From positions 7,130,001-7,194,000 of the forward strand of contig NC_135830.1 in the NCBI RefSeq assembly GCF_964213995.1: a stretch of 64,000 nucleotides of DNA, given 5' to 3'. The notes beneath the pieces were generated by a model, which saw nothing but the letters and a program-made list of their open reading frames with translations, did no database searches and had not been told where the DNA came from. Shown here piece after piece: positions 13,595 to 28,590 of this stretch (the first letter of the stretch is position 1; each line of letters begins with the position of its first letter). This stretch comes from Mustelus asterias. Its lineage: Eukaryota. A program made the position numbers and the translations under genes.

Positions 13595-16500
13595 TTTAAA
13601 GTCTCTCATAGCAGGAAGGGCTTGGCTCTTAGTGAGCAATTAATGGAGGGGTCACCTGTGGTTGTCCCCCTCCAAAACAAGTATATTGCTTTGGATAGTG
13701 TGGAGGAGGATGACTCTCCAGGGGTAAGCCACAGTGACCAGGTCACTGGCACAGAATCAGGTTCTGTGGCCCGGAAAGGAAAGAGAGGAATTCGGAGAGC
13801 AATAGTGGTGGGGGATGCGTCGGTTCGAGGCACGGATAGGCGATTCTGTGGGTGCGAACGGGACTCCAGGATGGTAGTCTGCCTACCTGGTGTTGGGGTA
13901 CTGGATGTCTCCGAGCGGATAGGAGGCATATTAAAAGGGGAAGATAAAGAAACGGATGTCGTTGTACACATTGGTGCAAATGACGTAGATAGGAAGAGCA
14001 GGGGGATCGTACGAGAGCAATTCAGGGAGTTGGGAAATAGGCGAAAAGGTAGGGCCTCCAGGGTAGCAATAGCTGGGCTGCTCCCAATGTCTCGTGCCAG
14101 TGAGGCTAGGAATAGGGAGTTAATACAATTGAACGCTTGGCTAAAGGACTGGTCCAGGAGGGAGGGCTTCATTTTCCTGGATCATTGGGAAGTTTTCAAG
14201 AGAGGATGGCACCTGTACAAGAAGGATGGGTCACAACTAAATTGGAAGGGCACGAATATCCTGGCTGGGAGTTTTGCTCGTGCAGTTCGGGTGGGTTTAA
14301 ACTAATATGGCAGGGGGGTGGGGATCAAAAAATTAGGTCTACAAGTGTAGAGGCTGGGGACGAGCTTGGGGCCAGGACAAGGCTGGCAAAGAAGAAGAGC
14401 ACTCTGGGGGAGGATGAACTCACTGGGCCTGGAGGTCTGGAGTGCCTCTACTTCAAAGCAAGGAGCGTAGCAGGTAAGACAGACGAACTTAGGGCCTTAA
14501 TGCTTACGAAGAATTTGGATGTAGTTGCGGTGACAGAGACTTGGTTGAAAGAGAGACAGGACTGGCAGCTGAATATTCCGGGGTACAAGTGTTTTAGGCG
14601 AGACAGAGGAGGGGCCAAAAGAGGTGGGGGAGTAGCAGTATTCGTTAGAGAACATATTACAGCGGTGCAGAGGGAGGACAATTCAGAGGGGTCGTGTAAC
14701 GAGTCACTGTGGGTGGAGCTCAGAAACAGGAAGGGCGCAGTCACTATGTTGGGGATATACTACAGGCCCTCCAACAGCCCAAGGGAAGTGGAAGAACGGA
14801 TATGTCAGGAGATACTGGATAGGTGCAGGAAAAAATAGGGTTGTTGCAGTGGGAGACTTCAATTTCCCTGGTATAGAATGGAAATCGCTTAGAGCTGGGA
14901 CTCTCAATGGGGAGGAATTTGTAAAATGCGTACAGGAAGGTTCTTTGGAACAATATGTAGATAGCCCGACTAGAGAGGGGGCTATACTGGACCTAGTACT
15001 GGGGAATGAGCCCGGTCAGGTCTTCAAAGTTTCAGTAGGAGAACATGTGGCAAATAGTGACCACAATTCTGTTAGCTTTAGGATAGCGATGGAAAAGGAT
15101 GAGTGGTGTCCCAAGGGTAAGGTGTTGAATTGGGGGAAGGCTAACTTTAGTGGGATTAGGCAGAAATTGGCAGTTGTTGATTGGGAGAGACTGTTTGAGG
15201 GTAAATCCACAACTGGCATGTGGGAGTCTTTTAAGGAACAGTTGTTAGGGCTGCAGGACAGGCATGTGCCTGTAAAAAAGAAGGATAGGAAGGGTAGGAT
15301 TCGAGAACCGTGGATAAACAGGGAAATTGAGGGACTGGTCAAAAAGAAAAGGGAGGCGTACGTTAGGTCCAGGCAGTTAAAAACGGAGGGAGCTCTGGAG
15401 GAATACAAAGAAAGTCGGAAAGAACTCAAAAGAGGAATTAGAAGGGCAAAAAGGGGTCACGAAATGTTCTTGGCAGACAGGATTAAGGAGAATCCCAAGG
15501 CATTTTATTCATACGTTAGGAACAAAAGGGGTGTCAGGGAAAAAATCAGACCTCTCAGGGACAAAAGTGGGGAATTATGCTCAGAGCCCAAAGAAGTAGG
15601 GGAGATCCTAAATGAATACTTTGCGTTGGTATTCACAAAGGAGAGGGATGTGTTGACTGGGAGTGTCTCGGAGGGGAGTGTTGAACCATTAGAGAAAATC
15701 TCCACTACAAGGGAGGAAGTGTTAGGTTTTTTAGAGAATATAAAGACTGACAAGTCCCCAGGGCCTGATGGAATCTATCCAAGGCTGCTCAGGGAGACGA
15801 GAGATAAAATCGCTGGGCCTCTGACGCAAATCTTTATCTCATCACTGGACACAGGTGAGGTCCCAGAGGATTGGAGGATAGCTAATGTGGTCCCGTTATT
15901 TAAGAAGGGTAGGAAGGATAACCCGGGTAATTATAGGCCGGTGAGCTTGACGTCCATGGTAGGGAAGTTGTTGGAGAGAATTCTTAGAGATAGGATGTAT
16001 GCACATTTAGAAAGGAATAAACTCATTAACGATAGTCAGCATGGTTTTGTGAGAAGGAGGTCATGCCTCACTAACCTGGTGGAGTTTTTTGAAGAAGTGA
16101 CTAGAATGGTTGACGAGGGAAGGGCCGTGGATGTCGTCTCTATGGACTTTAGTAAAGCGTTTGACAAAGTCCCTCACGGTAGGCTGGTGCAAAAGGTTGG
16201 ATCTCATGGGATAAAGGGGGAGGTGGCTAGATGGGTGGAGAACTGGCTTGTCACAGAAGACAGAGGGTGGGAGTGGAAGGGTCTTTTACCGGCTGGAGGC
16301 CTGTGACGAGTGGTGTTCCGCAGGGCTCTGTATTGGGACCTCTGCTGTTTGTGATTTACATAAACGATCTGGAAGAAGATGTAACTGGGGTGATCAGTAA
16401 GTTTGCGGACGACACGAAATTGGCTGGAATTGGCGATAGTGAGGAACATTGTCAGAGACTACAGATGGATATAGATCGGCTGGAAATTTGGGCAAAGAAA

Positions 16501-17309
16501 TGGCAGATGGAGTTCAAACCAGATCAATGCGAAGTGATGCATTTTGGTAGAGCTAATGTAGGGGGGAGCAATGCGATAAATGGCAGAATCATAAAGGGTG
16601 TAGATACGCAGAGGGACCTGGGTGTGCAATTCCACAGATCCTTGAAGGTGACGTCACAGGTGGAGAAGGTGGTGAAAAAGGCATATGGCATGCTAGCCTT
16701 TATAGGACGGGGTATAGAGTATAAAGGTTGGGATCTGATGTTGCAGATGCATAGAACGTTGGTTCGGCCGCATTTGGAATACTGCATCCAGTTCTGGTCG
16801 CCACACTACCAGAAGGACTTGGAGGCTTTAGAGAGAGTGCAGAGGAGGTTTACCAGGATGTTGCCTGGTTTGGAGGGGCTTAGTTATGAGGAGAGATTGA
16901 GTAAACTGGGGTTGTTTTCACTGGAAAGACGGAGGATGAGGGGAGACCTAATAGAGGTGTATAAAATTATGAAAGACATAGATAGGGTGAACGGTGGGAA
17001 GCTTTTTCCCAGGCTGGTGGTGACGTTCACGAGGGGTCATAGGTTCAAGGTGAGAGGCGGGGGGGAGGTTTAACATGGATATCAGAAGGACATATTTTAC
17101 ACAGAGGGTGGTGGGGGCCTGGAATGCGCTGCCAGGCAAGGTGGTGGAGGTGGGCACACTGGGAACGTTTAAGACTTATCTCGATAGCCACATGAACGGA
17201 GTGGGTATGGAGGGATACAAAAGAATGGTCTAGTTTGGACCAGGGAGCGGCGGGGGCTTGGAGGGCCGAAGGGCCTCTTCCTGTACCGTATTGTTCTTTG
17301 TTCTTTGTT
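13595..17309 (+). mobile_element. Near-complete CR1 LINE (ORF1 SGNH/esterase part plus frameshifted ORF2 endonuclease-RT)
   Basis: IVVGDASVRG...VVVHIGANDV (ORF1); VAVTETWL, GGGVAVF, GDFNFPGIEW, SDHN, GVPQGSVLGP, FADD (ORF2). Frameshifts near 14835, 16250 and 17065; (TTCTTTG)n tail. Confidence 0.95.
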
Positions 17310-18040
17310 GAAAAAAGCTTCTGACTACCCACTCTGTCCATGCCCCTCATAATCTTGCACATTTTTATCAGGTCACCCCTCAACCTCCGTCGTTCCAGTG
17401 AGAACAACGCAAGTTTCTCCAACCTCCCCTCATAACTAATGCCCTCCATACCAGGCACCATCCCGGTAAATCTTTTATGTACCCTCTCCAAAGCCTCCAC
17501 ATCTTTCTGGTAGTGTAGCGACCAGAATTGAACACTATATTCCAAGTGCGGCCTAACTAAGGTTCTATAAGCTGCAACATGACTTGCCAATTTTTAAATT
17601 CAATGCCCCGGCTGATGAAGGCAAGCATGCCGTATGCCTTCTTGACTACCTTTTCCACCTGGGTTGCCACTTTCAATGACCTTTACACCTGATCCCTCTG
17701 CTATCAATACTCTTCAGGGTTCTGCCCTTTACTGTATATTTCCTATCTGCATTATACCTTCCAAAATGCATTACCTCACATTTGTCCGGATTGAGCTCCA
17801 TCTGCCATCTCTCCGCTCAAGCCTGTAACCGAACTATATCCTGCTGCATCCTCAGATGGTCCTCATCGCTATCTGCAGGTCTACCAATCCGCAAATCTAC
17901 CAACCTTTGTTTCGTCTGCAAACTTACTAATCAATCCGGTTACATTTTCTTCCAAATCATTTATATATATTACAAACAGCAAAGTCCCAGCACTGATCCC
18001 TGAGGAACGCCACTTGTCACAGCCCTCCATTCAGAAACAC
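17310..18040 (-). mobile_element. CR1 LINE fragment
   Basis: YRTLVRPHLEYSVQFWS...RRLRGDLI on the - strand. Confidence 0.85.
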
Positions 18041-19289
18041 TTTTATTTTAGTGGTCTAACCATTATAATGCCGTCCCCCCACTCACATCCTCCCCCACCC
18101 CCACCCCCCCCCCCGCCCCACCCCCCTCCCCAACCCGCCGAAAAATATGACAACGAAAAACAATGGAAGTTAAGGTAATTCCTGATAGGAATAACGAATT
18201 GAAGAGCTAACTGGTCACCTGGAAGCGAGAAGAACCCAAAAACGTTCCCAATACCCAAAGCGAAACGCTGCTCCTGTGCCTGGTTTGACTACATTGGCTG
18301 CAGCAGTGATTAGGGCCATTTGGAATGGGCTATAAACGTTAGCCAGGCCAGCGACTCCCACACACAATGTATTTGTTGCTTCACCCAGCGGTACGTGCAT
18401 TTCCGGCAGTGCCAGAATGTATTTCCCATCCCGAATCACCATTGAACCGCGTGGCTTGCATTGACCATGGTGTTGTACTTGAAGTCTCATGTAGTGAACC
18501 AGATGGGTTTTAACAACAATTGACTCATGGTTCGATTGTTGAATTCCAGGTTGCTTTTATTGAATTCAGATTTCTCCAGTTGCCATGGCAGGAATTCAAT
18601 CCTCATGTGTGTCCAAAGCTTTAGCCCTGGCTTTCTGGATTAATCGTCATGCCGTTACAGCACCCCTGAAGGGGGAGGGAGGAACAATTGATCATGGTGG
18701 GTTTTGTGCCCGTGTTCACCATAGAATATAATAATAGAATCGTAAAAACCATACACTGCAGAAAGTGGCCGTTCGGCCCATCGAGTCTGCACTGATTCTC
18801 CGAAAGAGAAATCAACCCAGACCCTCCCCTCTGCCCACGGTCAATCCACCTAACCTGCTCATCTGTGGGCACAAAGGTGCATTTTGCCATGGCCAATCTA
18901 CCCAATCTGCACATCCTTGGACTGAGGGAGACCAGAGCACCCGGATGAAACCCACGCAGACACGGCGAGAACGTGCAAACTCAACACAGGCAGCCACCCA
19001 AGGCTGGAATCGAACCCGTACCTCTGGCACTGCAGAGCTAACCACTGTGCCGAGGACTCTGGATGACTTGCCCAGAGACCGCTCCCCCGAGCAACAAACC
19101 CATAAAACTTTCGTGTGACTTCTCAACCTGTACTTGATATTTTAAGAGGAATGATCCAGCTCTCTAACAGGAATGGCACAAATTACACTTCTCAGTCTCG
19201 AAGTCCATGCTCTGAATTTCCTATCAGGTGTTGATTTTCTTTTGCTTCTCGGCAGTAGGGGGGTTAATCGACTTTGGCTTGCTTATTTT

Positions 19290-19500
19290 GATAGAAACTG
19301 TTGAGATAAAATGATACATGCGTTCACTGCTGATTGGGGGAACCAGGGTCTGGTTGCCAAGGCGACCAACGGCAGCAGGATGTGGGCCGAGTGTGCGGTT
19401 TCAGTCAAGAGGTCGCTGAGCCTCTCAGTTTACTCAAAGACCAGAACGTGTGGTTTAATCACCCGGGACTGGAAACTCCAGCAGCGAGGTGGCAGTTAGG
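19290..19500. promoter_or_regulatory. Candidate 3' T-cell enhancer (RUNX/MYB/ETS/GATA cluster)
   Basis: AGATAA (19304), CAACGG (19367), CAGGATGT (19376), TGCGGTT (19394), TGTGGTT (19449), CAGTTA (19493) in about 200 bp of unique DNA. Confidence 0.4.
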
Positions 19501-22500
19501 CAGTGCGGGGGGAGGGGTGAGAGGCCAGATGTTGCCAACTGTCGACAAGCATGAATCTTTTCAGAGACTTTCCCAGCGACTGAAGCTGCAGTAGATTTCT
19601 GCAGACGACAGTTCCAAAGGCACACAGGCATCTGAGAGAATAAACAATTATTTTCTTCGCCCTCTTTCCTATCTGTCCCGCAAAGGTTAAACATTCCGTC
19701 AGCTTCCACCCTCACACCGCTGGCCCCATTACCCCTCCGAACCCCCACCTCCCCACAACAACCGCCCCCCCCCCCCCCCGCCCAAAAAAGATCATATATG
19801 TTTCAAAAAATCATCACTCAATCTTCTGCACTCCAATGGACTCTGTCCGATCTTTCCTGTATAACCCCATTCCAACTCCCCAATTCAGTCGAGCTTCCCC
19901 GCCTTAAGAAAGAAAATCTGCGGTCTTTACGCCGTCTGGCTTTCATGACTCCTGACACGCAGTATTGTTTATTCATTCATGGAACATGGGCGTTTATTGC
20001 CCATCTCCAGTTGCCCTTGGAGGGCAGTTGACAGTCAACCACATTGATGTGGCTCTAGACTCACGTGTTGGCCAAACCAGGTAAGCACGGCAGATTTCCT
20101 TCCCCAAAGGACATCGTGACCCAACTGTTTTTTTTCTGACAATTGGCAATGATTTTACTGTCATCAGTAGATTCGAAATTTCAGATATTTTTATTGAATT
20201 GTGTTTCAAACACGGGACCCCAGAACATTAGCTGAGTTTTTGGATTGATACTCGAGCGATAATATCACTACGCCATTCCCTCCCCTGGGGAGATGGCCAT
20301 TAGCAAACTATACTGTTCAAGGGAAATTAGCAAGAGCAACACAAAACCAGAAAATACTGGAAAAGCTCTGCAGCTCTGACATCATCTGTGAAGAGAGAAT
20401 AGTGTTAGCGTTTCGAGTCCGGATGGCCCTGACGAATCGTCATCGAGACTCGAAACTTTGGCTCTATTCTCTCTCCACAGATGCTGTCAGACCCACTGAG
20501 ATATTCCAGAATGTTTTGTTTTTGTTTTGGATTATAGAATCCGCAGTAATTTGCGTTTCGGACAAGCAACAATTTTTGGCCTTGCGAATAATACTGATAG
20601 CCCAATGAATGAAAATTATTGAGAAAGAATCCAAGAATTAACAAGTATCTGTTTAACCGATTCTTCAGGAAGCAACTATTAGTGAATCAAATGAAAGTGT
20701 TGCACTCCAGTCAATCCTGTCACTCATCCGGTTCATACATTAAGGAACGAGGCAATTCGGCCTAACGAGCGCATGCTTGCTATCTCAATGAGCTCAAAAA
20801 AACCCACTGCATTTGCCGTTGGCACATGTCCCTCTGCATGTTATACTTTCGATTTTGTAATCATTCTCTTTTGAAAGTCACCACGGAAATGTTTACTCTG
20901 GTCTTTGAGACAATGAGTCCCAAACCCTAACAATTGGCAATGTAAACCCGACTTGCTCATCTTCGATTCCAGGAACAGTTCTTGCTCCGTCTCTTACACG
21001 TGCGCCTTACCAAGCCGCCGTGAAATTTTAATATGTATACAGTAACATACAGGCTACTGAGAAGTAGGAGTTGGTCACTTCCGGCCTGCTCTGCCAGTAA
21101 ATAAGATTATGGCCGATCTCATTATAAGCTTCTGCCAACACTGATCACCTTTCACCCTCCTTGTTCACTAAGAATCTAGCTCCTTCTGCCTTTAAAAATA
21201 TTGAAAGACTGCTTCCACTGCCTTCTGAGGAAGGGACTTCCAGGGACACATGACCCTCTGAGAGGAAAACCTCCCCACTCTTCCTCTCCTAAACGTGCGA
21301 CCCCTTATTTGTAAAGAGTGCCCTTGGGGCTTCAGTGGAGCATTGCAGCAGGCTAAGGAGGGACTCGTAGGCAGGAAGAGTGAAGATGAAAACAGGTTGT
21401 GCGTTGGAATTCTCGAAATGAGCCACGCATTTCTTTTCAGGGAAGAAACCAGCGTGAACGTAAGAGTTCAAAGTGCAGCATTTCTGACAAAAACAGGAAA
21501 CGCTGCTTGCATCATGCCAGCCGTAACTGCAAGTGAGAAACCGAGTTAAGGTTTCTGGTTCATGTCTTTGCATGAGGGCTGGAAGATGTAAGAGATGAAG
21601 AGTTATTTTTATTCTTCCGCCCTATGTGGTTGCTGCAGCCTCTCGCCTCTTGTCTCACTAAACATTTCAGAAGATAGCTAAATGTCGGCCACATTTCTCT
21701 AGGTCTTGTCTCACACATAGTCCAGGTCGTAGGCAGATTTCCTTTCTGAAAGAACATAAAAACTAGAAGCAGGAATAGGCCATCTGGCCCTCCGAGCCTG
21801 ATCCGCCATTCAATAAGATCATGGCTGATTTTTTCATGGGCTCAGCTCCGCTTACCCGCCCACTCACCATAACCCTGAATTCCTTAACTGCTCAAAAATC
21901 TATCTTTGCCGTAAAAACGTTTAACGATGTAGCCTCAACTGCTTCACTGGACAGAGATTTATACAGATTCACAGCCATTTAGGTGAAGAGGTTCCTCCTC
22001 AACACAGCCCAAAATCTCCTCATCTTTATTTTGAGGCCTTGTCCCTTAGTTCTAATTTCATCTGCCATGGAAACAACCTCCTTGCTTCTATCTTATCTAT
22101 TCCTTTCATAATTGTATGCGTTTCTATAAGAACCCCCATTTTCTTCCAAACTCCATTGAGCATTGGTACAGCATTGGTGCGCAGAATGTGCTTTTGCAAC
22201 AACGGATGACAGTTTTCTTAAGTTCTCTATTATTCAGCCGAATTTTCAAATCTGCATTTGTATTAATTACATTTAAATTCCACCTGTCACCGTTGGTGGG
22301 ATTTGAACTCGTGTTTCCAGAGCACCAGACAATACTTCCACGAGCCACAGCCATTACCGCGATAAAATCACAAGGGCAGTAGATACCTGAGGACACCATC
22401 AAAAGGAGATTCACCCTCCAAGTCACTCACCATCCCGACTTGGGAATATATCGGCAGTTCCTTCAGTACTGCTGGGTCATAATCCTGGAATTGTCAGAAA

Positions 22501-22669
22501 TGTATATCTTTCAATGAGATCTCCCATTCTTCAGAATTTAATTGAATGCACACCTCAATCTCTCCTCAAAGGACAATGCTTACATCCCAAGTATCAGTCT
22601 GGTGAACTTGTGGTGCACCCCATCTATAAGAAGTATGTTCTTTCTCGCCTTCCTATCTAAACCCAGATT

Positions 22670-22975
22670 GGCGGGACATTGACATAGTGGTTAGCACTGC
22701 TGTATCATAGCACCAGGGACCCGGGTTCGATTCCTGGCTTGGGTCACTATCTGTGCGAAGTGTGCATGTTGTCCCCGTGTCTGCTTAGGTTTTCTCCGGG
22801 TGCTCCGGTTTCCTCCGACAGTCTGAAAGATGTACTGGTTAGGTGCATTGACCAAGCTAAATTCTAAATCAATGTACTGGAACAGGCGCCGGAGTGTGAC
22901 GACTAGAGGATTTTCACAGTGACATTATTGCAGCATTAATGTAAGCCTACTTGTGACACAAATAAATAAACTTAA
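22670..22975 (+). mobile_element. tRNA-derived SINE
   Basis: TAGTGGTTAGCACTGCTG...GGGTTCGATTCC A/B boxes; AATAAATAAAC tail. Confidence 0.75.
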
Positions 22976-23207
22976 AAGTTATTGCTGAATGCAAAAATTC
23001 AAATTGCATTCGGTGCACTGAGGGTGCTGGGTGGGGAATTGGATTGAACCCCTGTGCCCAGAATATTAGTCTCGGACTCTTCAGTGACATGGTCATTGCC
23101 CTACGATCTCCACCTTCCAAATATGTTATTCAGATTTGAATTAATTATTGAGCAACCCATATGAATGCATGAACATTTCTGTTTCAGTGTCCAGATGCGC
23201 CCTACGT

Positions 23208-23221
23208 CCGCCCCCTGCTGA
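23208..23221 (-). promoter_or_regulatory. CTCF-like motif
   Basis: Reverse complement TCAGCAGGGGGCGG, close to the CTCF core CCAGCAGGGGGCGC. Confidence 0.6.
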
Positions 23222-23579
23222 CTGCCCATTGCACAGCGGGAACAGGCGGATGCCACGATTCTCTCTGTCTTTCCTCTGGATGACCAGAGGTGCAGAAAAT
23301 AATACAACTCAAACATTAGGCTGCAAACGGCAAGAACCAAAAGTACAACTGCAGAGTCCAAAAGCAGAAAGAAAGGCACATTCTGGGCTGTTTCGACGGT
23401 TTCAGGGCATAGAAATTAATCTGTTCTTATGTGTGCTGTAGATTTGAACCTAACGGCTCAGCGCTGAAAGAGTAAATCGAAAAGTGAGCATGCGATGAGC
23501 AGGAGCTACTGTAAGTGCTTCAGTGCAAGGGAGCCCCATCAGTAAGCCTTGCAGTCATGGAGTATAGTGAGGAATCTCA

Positions 23580-24350
23580 CTCTCTCTCTCTCTCTCACTC
23601 TCTCTCACGCACACATACTCTCACACACGCACATACACACACTCAAATAAACACGCACACAGGAAAACGCACACTCAGACATGCACACACACTCAGGTAA
23701 ACGCGCGCACACACTCAGACAATCAGAAACAAACACACATACAAACACGCACCCAAACGCACAGACAAATACACGCACACAAACACACACCCATAGGCAT
23801 ACACACACACTCAGACAGAAATGCAAACTCTCTTAGACAAAAGCTGACACACACAAACACAGACGTCGACAAAGACACACAGATTACCTCAGGCAAAATA
23901 ACACACACAAATATACACACGCACACACACAGATACATACATGCACACAAGCACACGCATAGATACACACACTGTCAGATAAACACACACACAGGCACAC
24001 ACACACATTGACAAGCAAACACAAACACACACTCTCAGACAATACAAATATACACACACTCAAACAAGAACATAGAAACACACACACTCTCATAGAGCAG
24101 ACACAAATGCTCAGACAAACTCAGACACACATACACACACGCTGCCTCTCAGCTAAATACACACACTCAGACAATCACAAACACAGACACACACAAACAG
24201 AATTTCAGAAATCATACGCACGGATACACCCACACAGACCCCAGACAGACACACACATGCAGTATCAAAAGAACATGCAGAGAAAGATATACACTGTTGC
24301 TCAGGGAAAACAAAAAACATACACAGACCCACACACACAGAAACAGAAAA
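23580..24350. repeat. Degenerate (CA)n low-complexity tract
   Basis: CA/CAGA-rich; produces spurious CV/HT ORFs. Confidence 0.9.
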
Positions 24351-25800
24351 AATAGAAACCGGAAAGGCCTTTCGAGTCTTCTTCGCCACTCATTATGATC
24401 ATGGATGATCATCAAATTCAATATCCTGATCGTGCCTTCCCTCCAAATCCCTTGATCCCTTTAGCCCCAAGAGTTATGTCTAATTTCTTCTTGAAATCCT
24501 GCAACGTTTTGGTCATAATCACTTCCTGTGGTAGTGAATTCCACAGATTCACCACTGTCTGGGTGATGAAGTTTCTCCTTCACCTCAGTTCGAAAGGTTT
24601 TACCCCTTATCCTCAAACTATGACCCCCCTAGTTCTCGACTCCCCAGCCGTCTGGTATATTCTTTCTGAATTTACCCTGTCTAATACATTTAGAATTTTA
24701 TCAGTCGCTATGAGATTCCTTCTCACTCTTCTAAACTCCAAATAATATAATCCTAACTGACTTCGTCTCTCCTCACACGACAGACCAGGAATCAGTCTGG
24801 TAAATCTTCACTGCCCTCGCTCTGCAGTAAGGACATCCTTCCTCAGATAAGGACACCAACACTGCACACAATACTCCAGTTGTGGGCTCACCAACGCCCT
24901 ATAAAATTGCAGTAAAATATCCCTATCCTTATACTCAAATGCTATCGTTATGAAGGCCAGCATACCACTTGCCTTCTTTACCGCCTGCTGAACCTGTGGT
25001 GCTTTCTTTCAGCGCCAATACACGTGGATGCCAAGCTGTCGCTGAATATTCACCTCTCAATTTATTCAAATAATAATCTGCCGTCCTATTGTTGCCACCG
25101 AAGTGGATGATCTCGCATTTGCCCACATTATACTGCATCTTCTATGCATATGCCCAATCACTCTGCCTGTTTAAATCACGCTGAAGCATCGCTGCATCCT
25201 TCTCAGAGCTCACCCTCTCACCTAACTTTGCGTCATCTGCAAATTGGAGAAAACACATTTAGTTCCCTCTTTGAAATCAATTATACATAATATGAACAGT
25301 TGGACTCCTAGCATGGATCCCTGCGGTACCCCACTGGTCACTACCAGCCAATTGGAAAAACACTCATTTCTGCCAACTCTTTGCTTCCTATCTGCTAAGC
25401 AGCTTTCTATCCAGCTCAAGACACTATCCAGGCCACTTTTATGGTCGTACGCTATATGAGACCTTGCCGAAAGCCTTTTAAAGTCTCAATAACCCATACC
25501 CACCAGTTTTCCTTGGTCACCACTATTAGTTACATTCTCACACAATTTACCAAGCATGATTTCCCCTTTGCTAATCCATGTTTACTTCGTCTGATTTTAC
25601 CACTGCCTTCCAAATGCTGAGTTATGAAATCCTTAATAATTGATTCGAGCAATTTCCCAGTTCTAATGTTCGGCTCTTTGCCTTATGGTTCACCCTATTT
25701 CTCTCTACCTCCCTTTTTGAATGGCGGGCGTATATTAGCTACGCTCCAATCTGTAGCGACCAGTTTAGAGTCTAAATATATTTTCGAAAATGCCCACAAA
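24350..25800 (-). mobile_element. Degenerate CR1 LINE
   Basis: VTSGVPQGSMLG and KCEIIHFG on the - strand. Confidence 0.8.
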
Positions 25801-26479
25801 TGGATCAACTATTTGTTATGTTTCCCGCCTTCTTACTTTCATACTCTATTTTTTCCCTTCCGAATCAATTCCTTTTGTGCTGAATTGAAACTGCTCCAAA
25901 TTCTCAGGTCTATGGATTTATTTGCCAATTTGCATGTTTCTTCTTCCCTTGTACGCGATGGCTTGGCCACAGTTCCCTTACCAGTCTTCCACATCCTCTG
26001 TGCTAATGTCTTTCTTCAATATCACATAGGATCCCTACAGTGCAGAAGGAGGCCATTCGGATTATTGAGTCTGCACCGACCACAATCCCAGACCCTATTT
26101 CCGTAACCCAAATTATTTACCCTGTCAATCCCCTGACACGAGGGTCAATTTCGCATGGCCAATCAAGCTAACCCACACATCTTTGGACTGTGGGAGGAAA
26201 CTGAGGCACCCGGAGGAAACCCACGCAGACACCGGGAGAATGTGCCAACTCCACACAGGCAGTGATCCGAGGTCGGAATTGGACCCGGGACCCTGTCACT
26301 GAGGCAGCAGTGCTAACCACTCTGCCACCGTGCTGCCCCGCTTTAAGAAACAATGTACTCCATTTTTTTTGTTTTCTGTCTGTCCTTCCTAAACATCGAA
26401 TGGCCCTCAATGTTTAGTTCCCATCCTTGCTAACCTTGGAGCCATGTCACCATAATGCCAAGTATATCATACATTTTGA

Positions 26480-28590
26480 TATATTTCAAATGTTCACACA
26501 CACACACACACACACACAATCCGAGACCAACACACATATACATACACAGCACATACACATTCAGAAAAACACACAAGATCTGAGAAAAGCAGACACAAGC
26601 AAACTCGCAAACGCATACACACATACACACATACAGACACACGCACCTCTGAAAAACACACACACACACACAAACAGACAAATGGGCGGCACGGTAGCGC
26701 AGTGGTTAGCACTGCTGCTTCACAGCTCCAGGGACCTGGGTTCGATTCCCGGCTTGGGTCACTGTCTGTGTGGAGTTTGCACATTCTCCACGTGTCTGCG
26801 TGGGTTTCCTCCGGGTGCTCCGGTTTCCTCCCACAGTCCAAAGATATGCGGGTTAGGTTAATTGGCCATGCTAAAAATTGCCCCTTAGTGTCCTGAGATG
26901 CGTCGGTTAGAGGGATTAGTGGGTAAATATGTAGGGATGTGGGGGTAGGGCCTGGGTGGGATTGTGATCGGTGCAGACTCGATGGGCCGAATGGCCTCTT
27001 TCTGTACTGAAGGGTTTCTATGATTTCTATGAAACAGTCACGAGCACGCACACACATGATCTCACAAAAACCGATACAGGCAAACTCGCACACACAGGCC
27101 CATACACGGATATACTCGCTCAGACAAACACACACACGCACACACATACTTTCTCTCTCTTTCAGACACGCAGACACGCTGTCAGACAAATACATGCACA
27201 CACACACAGACAACCACACAGACACAAACACACACACGCATTTAGACAAGTACAGAAAACATACACGCAAACACACAGGCAAATGCAGGCACACGTATTT
27301 CTTAGACGGACAGACACAGGACAACTCGCAAACACAGAGACACTCTCAGAAAAACACAGGCACACAGTCACAGACAAAGATACAATCACAAGAACACACT
27401 CAGACAAACACACACAAGCAAACGCTTGCACACAGAAATATATAGAGAAAAACTCAGACAAACAGACAAAGAAAACATACACTCTCAGACATGCATGCAC
27501 ACACACAGACACACTCGCTGGCAAATATACACACACAGACCCACACACAGCTGTACTATCAAACGAACACACAGGCACACACATACAAATTCACTCTGAT
27601 GCAAACACACAGATACACACAATCTCTCACACAAAACACACACACTTAGAGACAAACACATAAGCACTCAGTCAGCACTCAGGCATACATACAATCACAG
27701 AAAAGCACATAGGCACCAACACACACACACACACAAACACCCAGGCAAACACAGTCACGTACACAGAAACACACGCACACAGTCCAACATAGGCACACAT
27801 ATGATCTCAGTCAAGCAACATAGGCAAGGTTGTAAACTCACAGACCCACACTTTCAGCATAATACACACACATACACACACATGAACAGACAAGCAAACA
27901 GACACAAGCACACGCACACACAGACTCAGGAAACAACAGTCACGATCTCAGAGAAATAGACACAAGCAAAGTCGCACATACGGACACATACTAATAAATA
28001 CTCAGACAAAAGCAAACACACACACACTCTCAGATAAACACAGAGACAAACCAAAAAAAATCAAGATGGCGTCGGACCATAGCGACTTATTGCATGCTGT
28101 GCCCCGCATCTCTCTAATGCTATCTTTTACTCTCGGTCTTTGCTTCTAAAACTCTATTCTAATTCTTTTGAAATCGATAACAATGTTTTAATTAAATTGA
28201 CCTTTCTCTACCCCCTAGCTATGACTGTAACATTACATTCTGCAATCTCTCCTTTCCTTCTCTATGTGCGTGTAATGCCGTGTTTTTGAAACCTACTTTT
28301 CCACTCACGTAATGAAGGAGCAGCGCTCCGAAAGCTCGTGATTCCAAATAAACCTTAACCTGGCGTTTTGAGCCTTCCTACTGTTCTCTATGTGCGGTAT
28401 GGGTTTTTTGTATAGCGCGTTTTAAGTACAGAAACAATACTTTTCACTGTATACTAATACACATGACAATAATAAATCAAATACAACAAAATCAAAAACA
28501 TATACTCTCAGAAGAACACACAGAGACACACACACACAGACATACACACTATTACGGACAGTCTCACAAACACAGAGACAGACAGAGACC
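26480..28590. repeat. Degenerate (CA)n low-complexity tract with nested SINE and LINE fragments
   Basis: CA-rich sequence throughout. Confidence 0.85.
26683..27030 (+). mobile_element. Young full-length HE1-like SINE
   Basis: GGGCGGCACGGTAGCGCAGTGGTTAGCACTGC...GGGTTCGATTCCC, CR1-like 3' end GGGCCGAATGGCCTC and (TTTCTATGA)n tail. Confidence 0.88.

Noticed and set aside
23515-27667. Long CV- or HT-rich ORFs
   Set aside because: Translations of (CA)n/(TG)n low-complexity DNA.
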